Source: Chrysemys picta bellii
Taxonomy: Eukaryota
Length of the DNA stretch: 64,000 bases
Reading direction: 5' to 3'
Assembly: GCF_011386835.1 (NCBI RefSeq)
Contig: NC_088801.1
Location: forward strand, 13,578,001-13,642,000
Position numbers and translations under genes: made by a program
Part shown: piece after piece, positions 48,501 to 60,500 of the stretch
How positions within the stretch are numbered: position 1 is the stretch's first letter
How the letters are laid out: every line of letters starts with the position of its first letter
The notes under the pieces: generated by a model
Told to the model about the DNA's origin: nothing
Seen by the model: only the letters and a program-made list of their open reading frames with translations
Databases searched by the model: none

Positions 48501-51500
48501 CCAATTTCAGCCTGGTACAGGGTTAGCACCTATGGTTTGCATAACCTAGAAAGTGATGGCTATTTTGTGCTGCGTTCACTGAACTGATATAAGCGAGAAA
48601 TGGCACAGATAGGAACTTTGGGAGATAAGCAATTGCATCAAGCGATTTTTGGTCACAATACTTTGATTATTGTATTTTAAAATTACATAGAATAATTGCT
48701 TGTGGACTATTTTTAAAGTTTAAAATACATTTCTTTCCTCCTTCAGGTTTCTTAGTCTAATTGATTATTATGAATCTCAGATTAATCAAATGAAAAAGGA
48801 GCTAAGGTAGGATTGATCCGTTCATTAGTAACTGTTGAATTTATGGTATATAAAGTTACATTACATACTTTTCCGGTTGACGTCAATAGGAATTTTACCC
48901 TGGACTTCAGTGGGAAGGCTCTAAGGGTCTCGGCATCCTTAGCTACTGCTGAAACCAGAGGCGTTGAGGGAGCTCAGCACCTCTTCAGAGGCACTGAGCA
49001 ACTTTCAGGGTTTGCCCCAATTGAAAATTAAAGTGGTTAATGTTACATATTATGTGATCCAAAAATCACTAGCATGTTAAAAGCAGCAAGGGACTACAAT
49101 GGCCTTCAGGTTTAGATACTATGCCCCGATTTTGATCGGCATCCACGGCGGAGGAAGAGGGAAAGGTACACCACCAGCTTTGTTCATGGCATAAACTAGA
49201 GTGGGCCAAAGATTGCTCCAGCTTTTGTATCTGACTGCCGACAGTCAGGAAGTGCAGAGCATATACATGCCCCAGCTGTGTTGCTTTTTCCTCTGGCCAT
49301 TGCCCTTCCGCTAGGGTCCAGGAGATAGAACTCCCCTGGCATAGCAGTTCTATCTGGTGGTGCAAAGCATCCAGCATGCAACTGACCCAATAATCTGAGA
49401 TGTTCTGCTTGGAAATTGAGCAGTGTAATCTGCTTGCATTGGGCTTCCCTCTAGTTGGTCCAGGGCATTTGATTCAGTGAATGAAATGCAGCCTGAGAGA
49501 AATTAGGAGGAGTGTGTGGTCTGAGAACGGGATGCTGTTCTGCTTTTCATTTGTGGTCACATCATTTAGTGTAACTTCTGTTGGTTAAGCAATTTATTCA
49601 TGTGTATTGAATTTCAGTAAAATGGAGTTTGTTTATTTTCCCTCTTCTCCACCCAAAGCAGAAATAAAAAAGATACAGATCATGTACAAGGAGAAGGAAA
49701 AGGCAAAGAAGAATTCTTAAAACTAGATGCCACACCTAACTATAGAGCATTGCTTACGGTATGGAACTGCTAGCTATTAATAAATGCAGATCTAAAAACA
49801 ATGGTTACATATGGGGAAAAAATAAGTACTTGTTATGTATGTATTTGATTTTATTCTTCTACTCCCACTCTTGTCTGGGATTGTATGCTCCTAGGAGGTA
49901 GGTTTGTTATTGTCTTAGCTGTTTGTTCACATATCATCTAGCACAAGGGGTTCTCTATCTTAACTAGGGTCTCAGGTGCTATCATAATATACATATTACA
50001 ATAATATCTTGAGTTTACCATTTTATAGATGTAAAAGTGCACAACCCGATTAGATGGGTGCTTTGATTAAGTATTGATTTGAAAAAATAAAGAGAGATAA
50101 TGCAGTCTGTGTTGTAGTCTTTCCAGAATCAGCTCATTGAGACAAAAGCCAGGAATGAACAACTTATGTGTGAAAATACAGATCTCAAGAAAGATCTGGA
50201 AATAAGGTGAGAAGTGAAAATTTTGTCTTTGGTAAAAGACATTTCAACAAACTTTACAGCTTCACAAGAAAAAAAACAAACACCATCATGACGCACCAGA
50301 AATTGTACAAATGCACCAAGAAACCTGCTATTAAAAACAATGCATAGAATTATCTTAAGATGATGCAGCAATAATTTGCTTTAAGGAGAACTATCAGTTA
50401 CTGCATTGAGCATCCTGTCCTCCCCTGTTGGGTACTTGCCCTTCACTTAGTGGTCAGAGGCAGAGGAAGTGCAGCCATTCGCACATGTGGGAGCCTGAGA
50501 CCCCCTTGATGAGCTGACTGCCAGAAGCAGTTTGTAAGAATAGGATCTCTACACTAATAGCATTGTTACTGCTAAGGCCTAGTCTGCGCTAGAAGAGGTT
50601 TGTTGGTGTAGCTAATACCAGCAAAAACACTTTGATACCAGCAAATCCCTGTCTAAACAGTCGTCTTGTGGATACAAAAATACTGCAAAATGACTCGTAC
50701 TCCCAGTAGACATTGCTATACTAGCAAGTGTTCCTAGTGTAGCCCTGACTTTCAGTTAGACACCAATAAAGTATGATGTATAATAAAATATTTTCTTTTC
50801 AACAGACCAACTGCACAGGAATTAAAACTTTGCAAGCAGCAAGTGAAGAAATTGGAGAAAATGCTAAAGAAAAATATCAAGTAAGTATATTTAACTTTTC
50901 AGCATAGTGTAAACTTTCACTACTCTCTCTGGTGTTTTAAAAGTGAAGGTGTTCTACTGTGTACAGTTTATATGCTGGCTCATGAACCTGTTCCATGGTG
51001 TCATTCATGAGACCGTGGTTAATGACCAATATTTTGCTGTACATATGGAAAAAGCAGGTGCATCTCTGAAATGATGGGATGACATCCCAAGAAAAGAGCT
51101 GATAATTCAGCTCTGGGCCCCATCTACCCTAGGTTTAAAACAATGTTGTTTCAATTGGTTTTGAACACCATTTCAGACAACATGAGAAAGGGGACAAACC
51201 GTTCTGGTCGTTTTTGGGAAGTTTACAAACTGTTCCAGCCATCTAGGCTAGAGTACTGTTTCTAACCCAGTTAGGTCACATCCACGCTGGTTGAATAAGC
51301 TGTTATATACAGTTTTTGTTGCAACCTTGTTAAGCAAGAGTTTTAAAAGTTAGAAACCTAGCATAGCTGGAGGAGGTATTTATCTGTAGCATCATTTGAC
51401 CAGATATTTTCTAAAAAAGTAATCCTGTTTTTGCACGCGCTCGTCTGTGTATATGTGGAGTGCCATCTGCGTGCCTAGTTATACAGAACTTGGAAGACAC

Positions 51501-54500
51501 CTAGCTTATATACAAAACTTCAGGATGTGAACTTTCAGAGATATGCAACATTTTCTCATCTGTTAATTTTAATATATAATGTGGGTGGTGGATTTATACT
51601 GATAGGCTTCTCAGAATAAGTGCATCTTGAGGAGAGCTTGTTTGCCTCACACAGTAAGATGATAAAGGTGTTCAAGAGGCAGTATGTAAGGAAGGCACTC
51701 TAATACTATGTCAAAGAGTGTTATAAAAATGTTCAAATGCCTGTAAAAACTGAAGACCAAATTCTGTGGTCCCTACACAAGTAAAATTCTCATTAATTTC
51801 AATTCATTGACCACTGTAAGAATTGCAAGAATTTTTCCATTAAAGGTGGGGATAGCTTGCAAAGAGCAGGTGTGCATGTGAGTTTAGAAAGGGATGACAG
51901 TGGAGATGTAGACTGGAATAGAATTGTGTAGTACCTTGAAGGTTAAGAGCAAAAACTTCTGAGGCTAGATTATGATACTCAAGTTGAGTAGGGTCTTACT
52001 CCTCAAATAGTTGATGTCAGTGGGATTTATTGTATAGTCAGATACTGCTCAACATAAAGAGGGTAACACAATCTAGCCCTTGCTAATCCATGCTAACCAT
52101 AGTTTAAATTGGTGGTTGCTAGGACAGTTTCATCCTTGGGTACCCTTATGTTGTATAATACTGCACACTGACCTTGCACCATCTAATCACAACTGGGGAA
52201 TAGTGTGTTAGTGAGTTCAGTGTCAGCTTTTACCTTTGAATTTTCACATGTTTAGTGTTTAGGGCACAACTTTTAATTTTAAAACTTTCTGTTTAAGATG
52301 ATCTGATTTCAATAATATGATGTAAATGGGAAAAAAGTGCACATATAAAGCTGTCTGTGTAAATATAATAAGACTAAAAAAGATGGAGATTTTAGCTGTA
52401 AGTGCCAGTGTATTTTTCCTCTACTCAGGTTGAAACGAAATGCTGCTATTGGGAGACCTTGTGTGAAATGCTGTATTTGTTTTGCATGTAGATCATATGG
52501 GATTATTAGGGGAGAAAAGATAAAAGAAAACAATGAATCTGAGAGTGTGACAGGAGAAGATCAGCTACAAGCAGGTTGCAGGAGATACTTACAGGTATAG
52601 ATACACATTTCAAATGGATTGTTTTCAATTATAGCTAACTGTTCTATAACAAAACATAAAAGACTAATCTCATATAACTATTTAAACTTAAGTGTGTGGT
52701 GTTGTGATTCAGAGTTTTCATATGTAGTCCCATGCCTCATAATGTTTAATAGTCAGCATTTTTGCACTAAGGATAAGGCTATTTGGCATGAACCTATTAT
52801 AGTGTAAATTACCACATCAGATTGCAAGGAGGCAGAGAGAACGGATTGACAAAGGACAGAAGTGACAGTGCCTGAAACTCTTTCCAGGATAGAAGGCCTG
52901 CTCAATGCCCTTTGCAATACTTATGCTCCATGTTAAGGGCTTAAGAGGCGTGGAGGAACTGAAGTCGTTCCTTTGTACTGTGGGGAAACTTCTCCCTGCA
53001 AAAAATATAGTGGGTTAGCTAAATGTGAACTCGAGGGTAACAGTGTCATGAGGGATGAGTGTTACTGTGACATGCAAGGTGAGGTATGTTTACATTTTTG
53101 TATTTATTATTTGTATTGTGGTAGTGTCTTAGATCCCGAGTCATGAACCAGGACCCATTACGCTAGGCCAGTGGTGGGCAACCTGTGGCCTGTCAGAATA
53201 ATCCGCTGGCGGGCTGCAAGACAGTGTTTATGTTGACCGGCCGCAGCTTCCAGTAATCACAGTTTGCTGTTCCTGGCCAATGGGAGCTGCGGGAAGCAGC
53301 ATGGGCTGCAGGGACGTGCTGGTCACTGCTTACTGCAGCTCCCAGTGGCTGGGAACGGTGAACCACGGCCACTGGGAGCTGACTGTGGACGGTCAATGTA
53401 AACACTGTCTCGCGGCCCACCAGCAGATTACCGTGATGGGCCACAGGTTGCCCACCATTGCGCTAAGCACTGTGCAAACACAGAACAAATAAATGGTTCC
53501 TGCCGCAAAGAACTTACAATCTAAGTAAGCATTCTGACCTTTTCCCCTCTCCCCATCCTGACAAGGCAGTGCCAGCACAGTGCTCCTTTCACAGGTTTAG
53601 CGCCTGCTGTTTTGCCTGCTGCTTGGCACAAGTAGGAGACAAAAAAGCATCTTAAGCAGTTTTTCAGTTTTTTCAAGCCCTTTACAAGTGAAGTTCCATT
53701 TGAACGCATGAAAATCACTCTGACAGAAAATTGTGAAAGGTCTAAGATCTATGGCTTCTGTAACTTCCAGAGAAGTACACTTCATACCATCTACATCACC
53801 ACTTATCTAGTGGCTGTCAATCAAATACTGCAAATGTTTCTGAATAACTCAAATAGTGATTGGTAATGTCTAGCTACTGTAAAGAATGGAATTATCAGAC
53901 ACATAGATGAACATAGTATGTTGGGGAAGAGACAACATGGATTTTTTTTAAAGGAAAATAATTCCTCACCAATCTAATAGAATTCTTTGAGGGGTCAACG
54001 GGCATTTGGATAAGGGTGATCAGTTGAGATAGTATACTTGGACTTTCAGAAAGCCTTTGACAAGGTCCCCCCCCCCCCAAAGGCTCTTAAGCAAAGTAAG
54101 CAGTCATGGGATAAGAGGGAGGGTCCTCATAGATCAATAACTGGTTAAAATATAAGAAACAAAGGGTAGGAATAAATAGTCAGTTTTCACAGTAGAAAGA
54201 GGTAAATAGTGGGGTCCCCCAAGGATCTGTACTGGGACCAGTGCTGTTCAAAATATTCATACATGATTTGGAAAAGGGCATAAAAAGTGAGGTGGCAAAG
54301 TTTGCAGACAATACAAAATTACTCAAGATAGTTAAGTCCAAAGCTGACTGTGAAGAGTTACAAGGTTGACACACAGTCAACCTATGGAACTTTTGTCAGC
54401 GGATGTTGTAAAGGCGAAAAGTATAACTGGGTTAAAAAACCAATTAGATATATTCATGGAGGATAGGTCCATCAGTGGCTATTACCCATGATGGTCAGGG

Positions 54501-57500
54501 ATGCAGCCCCATGTTCTGTGTCCCCCTAAACCGCCGACTGCCAGAAACTGTTTGGACAATGGGATGAATCACCTGATAATTGCCCTGTTCTGTTCATTCC
54601 CTCTGAAGCATCTGGCACCAACCACTGTTGGAAGACAAGATACTGGGATAGATGGACCATTGATCTGACCCAGTATGGCCATTCTTATGTAGCATGCTAT
54701 CACCTGGTCATGCCCAAGGCAAGCAGTAATGCTCTAGAGCTAATGTGTTCGCCATTAGCTGGTAACATTGCTATTACTGCGCCCTTTTTCTTCCCCGAGC
54801 CTGCTTGGCAGTCATTACTCACTACTCTGTACCATTACCTATCTTCACCTCCTCCCCCATTTGTGTGGATTAGCGAGGTTCTTCTGTTCATTTGAACAAA
54901 CATAAAATGCTGCATGTACGTGCCATGAAAACAATTTCCAAAGGAAACAAGTGGTTTTTTGCAATAGAATTGCTTGTAAAAATGCTGGCTAAAATTTGTA
55001 CATTTCATTGGTTGAATTTAGGTCTGTATAACAGCAGATGTTGAGATGTGTTGTAATGCATACCAAACCTCTGAGTGAGACTCTGTCCTTTTGTGTACAC
55101 CTGTTTTGAGGGCCTGCAAAATAACTTTTTGAAGCTTGTCTTGTAAGATTTTTCTCTAGTCTTCTCGTGTGAAGTGTGCACACTTTTTTACTGTTAGTGA
55201 ACGTTTTAGTAAGTGGCTTGTAAATGGTGATGTGACTGACTAGATCTTTGTCTTCGAATCAGTTATTTAGATTAGTGTTGAAGTATACAGATACTATTGT
55301 ACAGTGTGAATGTGTAACTATTGAAACGATGATATAATTTCCTAGGCTAAATAACAGCATTGTGTTGATTATTTGAGCAATAAAAACATCTCTTTGGTGT
55401 TAAAGGTGCTATCCAGGATTGATTCTGTTATAAGTAGTCCAAGAGCTCCTCTGGTAATATATAAGTGGAGTAAAGGGCCAGTCCAAAATTACATGAAAGA
55501 GAATGGACAAGAATGTGGTTTTGAACACCTTCCTCCTACAGTGGAAATGTGGGCAGACCAGCTAATGTCCCTAAAGGTAATAAATTATTGTACTTAGCTT
55601 TGCATTCCTTAACTGGTGACCATCTCTTTCTTTCCATGTTCTACGTTAGCATATGTAGCTTCCAAATCTATTATGGCTTAATTTAATTTTTAAAAATTAC
55701 GTTATTATTCCAGTCACTTCATTCACGTACTCTTTTAAAATGTAGTATCCTGGATACAGCTAAGTGATTTTTGTTGAAAAATGGAAATTTGGTGACACTG
55801 AACCACTTCGCAAATTCATGTCTTTTGCCGGATGGTTCATGGAAAACCCCTTTTCCCAAAACAACTTAAAATCACACTGTTTTGTTTCATTTCAAAACAG
55901 TGTTTCAATGCTTCAGTTTGTAACAACTTTTTGTTCTAAAATTTCCTGTAATTTTATTTAAAAAAAAAATCATTTGTGTAAAAATGGTCAAAATTAAAAC
56001 AGATTTTCATTTGACCTGAAACAATTTTTTTTAAACTTTCTGAAGTTGTCAGTGAATTGAAAAATCAATTATTTACCAAGCTATAATCCTAGATAGGTCC
56101 TGTGGTATGGAAAAGGATTAAATATCTTCCTCCACTCAAATATTGTATCATACAACACATTTGGATTACTCTGAAGAGTACCTGGGAAAAAAATCATAGA
56201 ATTTATACTCTGGGTATTTTATGTTCTAGTGTTCTATCTTTTCCTTCTTACCAGACTGTTGGCTTTTTGGTGTAAATAAAGATGTTAGGCCATTCCCACT
56301 GTAACAAACTACTAGGATCTGTTAACAAAATTATACTAACTACACTTAAAAAAAAAAAAAAATCACACATGCACACAGAACAGTGATGTTCTACTTGGGC
56401 CTGAGAATAAATAAAGAACTTCTGTTTACTGGTTTCATGGCAACTAAATCTAAAATCTGTAACACTAGATTACTCATCTTGCACTAAGTCAATTTGCCTA
56501 ATTGTTATTTATAAAATTATTCATTGCCCGGTATTCTACTTTATTAAGAGTTGTGCCTTATTTAATAGTTACATTATTTGTTATTAAAGGACTTGCATAG
56601 ATCCCTGAGAAAGCTATCACTGGAGTTGGTGCCCTGGCACACTGTAGACGCACTTAACATCACTGAATGCATTCGAGTTGAAGACCTACAATTCATAGTC
56701 GATACAATCTTGGAAGAAGTAGAAAATAAGGACAAGGTAAGTTTTCAGAAGTTTAATGTTTTCCATTGCAAAAGCTACTCTGAAATCCCTGTTTGTATTC
56801 CTTGTATATTGATTAGAGTTATGCATTTGAAAGCCTGTACAAGGTTTCGGAGCAAGGTGCATGAAAATAAATATTATGGCAAAAACTATTAATATAGTTT
56901 AATCCCATATGTAACTCTATTTAAATCAAAGGAGTCAGACAAGGGATGGATTTGGCTTAAGATGTGTAATCAACATTTCAGCTCTTATCTTATTTTGTCT
57001 ATTTCTAAATCAGCAAAGAGAATCCTTAAATATATTCCCCAAACCATTAAAAAGTGAGGTTACCCTCATATCAAAAGAACATTGGTGGACATTTCTGGCT
57101 AAGAACTTTTAAAGTATGTCTTTTGTCTGAATAAATTCATTCCTAATCTTTTAATAAGAGAAGTCTATTTTTCTTCAGAGCCTAGTTTAAATATGTTCCA
57201 TGGCTTAAAGGGTATTGCTATCTTTCTCTAAGAAGTTACTTTTTGTGCTTGTCACAGAACGGCCAGATGCCTTCGTTACAAACATTGTACGCAATTGTGT
57301 CTCACTTCCAAAAGTTGTTTGACGTGAGTTCTCTGAATGGAGTTTATCCGCGAATGAATGAAGTTTACACAAAGCTTGGAGAAATGACCAATGCTATGAG
57401 AAACCTCCACGAGCTCTTAGAACTAGGTAAGGACTGACTGCCTTTCACTTAGTCTCTTTACAAGTAACTAAAAGTTGGTTGAGAAGAAGTTGGTCTTGAC

Positions 57501-60500
57501 ACAGAGAAGAGGATGCACTAGCTGTGTTGTGAAATGAGTAGTCAGTCAGTCACAAGGGTTTGTGAGAAGAAAAATAAAAACATGGCAGGGTCACTACCCT
57601 TTAGTTTGAGGAGGGGAAGCTCATCTGTTATGGATCGACAGGATCGGTGCTATGCCACAGCTTTTAAACAGTCTCTTGGAGGAGCTCTTCAGTGTGCCAG
57701 ACCCCAAGGAGTCCTGTTCTTCCTTCAGGGTAAGCACCACTGCCTCCTCGGCTCAAGGCTCTGGGCTCCAGCTCACCATGAGCTCTGCCCAGCAAGTCCA
57801 ACTGAAATAGGCCCCCTGTAGAGACTTGTACAGAGACTAATGCACCTCAGCAAGTATTCACAGTGATACCCAAGTAGTTTTTCAAAACAGTAGAATTTAT
57901 TAGTCAACTGGAACACAGCATGGAAAGACATAAAGGTTAAAGCATAGTCAATTCTGGTCAAGCCAGAGCAAACCAACAGTTAAGTTGTAGCATGTTCCAT
58001 CTTAGGCCCTGTCTCTTTCTGACCTCTTTAGTTAGATCCGGGAGAGAACAGCCAGCCTCTTCCAGAACCAGAAGTCTGCACTTACCCTTTGCTGGTCACA
58101 TCCCAGTCCTTTGTTCTCGAGCTGAAGTCTCTCCTCGGTTTCTCTGCCGAGTGTGTCAGTTCACGAGTCAGTGGCGCTTGCATTGTCTCTCTGAATCCCA
58201 TGTTGATCTGAGTCGATTTCAGCCACTTCCTAATGACTTTTCATTCCACCCAGACAGTGAGGTGACACACACATCTGTGCTGGAGCAATGCAAAGTATAG
58301 AAGGAAACTGAGGCACACATAGGATTTGAAAAACTTGCAGAAAATTCCCACTTTGTCACACCATCATCTGTGTGATTGTTGTTTGACCTGCAGCATGCTG
58401 TGACTGGGAAGAGGTGGTGATTGAATAATGAACGGAAGCAACGAGAGGAAACTTGTTTTTTTTTCAAAATATTTAATTAAAAACACTAACATCTTATATT
58501 ACATCTATCTATTGACCCTCTGATTGTTTTACTTGTACATTATACTCCTGTCTCTACCTGAAGGTTGAGAGTTTAAAAAAAGTCAATTTTCGTCTGCATT
58601 TGGAGATCTTCTAACATGTATTGTTACTACAACTTAAATAACTGAATCTGTCCTCTTAACAGCGATTCTCATGCTGTTGTAGACATCTTTTATGACTCAC
58701 CTCAGTGACTTTGCTTTTCCATGTCCAATTTTCAGTCTTTTTTTTTTCCATAGCTTGCTTACTTAATTTTTTTTCTCCCTTGGACTATTTTTTTACAAAA
58801 AATTAGAATGTCAAAAATGGATCTGTACAACTCAAGACAACCTACTCAGTTACTCCCAGAAGCAAATAACTACCTTGCTTACTGGTTTTTGTGTGATCAT
58901 GGACTAATTGCTGCAAGACTCTTTCCTACCACACTTCCTGTTTGACTTACCAGTATGGACTAGCTGTTTGGCTGCTTTGGGGGTGCATATGTAAATCAGT
59001 CAGAGTAAAATACTGATCAGCCATTATACTGGGGAATGAAGGTCCGTTGTGTAGCCTGTTTTTTAGAGGCAAAATGGATGGTTTGGTCATTGCCTCTAGC
59101 AATTCTGGGTAGCCTTGGAAGTTGCATTCTTTCATAATAAATACATAGGAAGGGAAGACCTTGGGTTACTGAAGGAATTAATGTTACTGGGGAAAAAATG
59201 GAGTTTTCTTCTGTCGGATCCTTCCATCCTTGTTAGAAGACTTAATAGTTCAGCACGCTTTAGACCCATGTGATTTCAACTGAATTTGAAACCCTTGCAA
59301 CAGAAGTGCTTTTTGAGCCATTAAGAGATTCCTCACTCTAAAACAGCTATACTGATCATGTTTTCAGCTAATAAAGTGAAGCGATACAAGTTCTACAGCT
59401 GGTGTATCCTGTGAATACTGAAACATGTGGTGTATTTAGAAAGCGTTGTGAAAAGGTTAGTGAAAGCAGGGATACTAGGATTGCTTTGTGCATAGAATAC
59501 TTCCATGTTGTTGCTATTTTGGAAGCTATGACACGTTTGTTCTTTCCAGATCATTCAGCCCCACCTGCTGTACTGGTGAACACTGTTGGAAAGCTATGTA
59601 AGGTAATTAATGAAAACGTGACTGGACAGGTAGAGCAGCTGCTGGGGACCCAAGACATCCAAAGGTATTTTGGCTTCTATAACAGGTGTAATAACACATG
59701 ATTGAGTTATGAGAACTGGCTAGGATTACTTTATAACTTTCAGCATCACCATTTTTAACTCTTACACAAGTGGACTGGAGAACTTGCCTCAGGAAAATGT
59801 TTCCAGGCTGCACTGGGAGGGAAAAAACCCCTAAAAATTAAGGCCAACGTCAAGATCTAAAGTTTCTATATTTTACTTGAGACTATAGTCAGTTTAAACC
59901 AATATCCTATTAAAGTTGTGAATTTTACAAGGGAGACAAAACAAATATTGCATGTGTGTGGTAGGAAGAACTACTATTACAGCTGAAACATCTTAATTGG
60001 ATACTCATGGGGAACTGGTTGGTTGATTTCATTGAATTGATCAGGCCTTGAGCTCCCTGTAAATATTTTTTAAAATTGCTTTTCTGATTCATAACGTTTT
60101 CACTTGTGAAATATGTGCATAGCTTTAGGGCTTGTCTATGTGTTTGAACCCCCAGTGGGAAAGAACATTATGGGAGGCAGCTGCAGGTAGATAATGGTAC
60201 ATGAGGCTTTCCTCTTCACCCCCAGGACATCCAGTGAAAATTAAAGGAATCCTTTCACTCAGTGTACAAGCAGCCTGTGAACCTCACTGGCTCAAGATAG
60301 AATTGGAGAAAGGAGTTTAAACAGGACATATATATAGATAACAAGAACAGCCAGAGTCAATAAAAGTCCCCTACTGCAAGATTTCTTGCACCTTCCTCTG
60401 AAATAGCTGGTACTAGCCCCTATCCGACAATATACTGGATTATATATACAGACCACTGCTCCGATCCAGTCTTGTAAAGCAGGGGCGGAGAAACTTTTTT

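Noticed and set aside
51071-51105. C/D-box-like motifs (ATGATG ... CTGA) in a CEP70 intron
   Set aside because: Imperfect C box, only about 35 nt long and no terminal stem; too short for a snoRNA.
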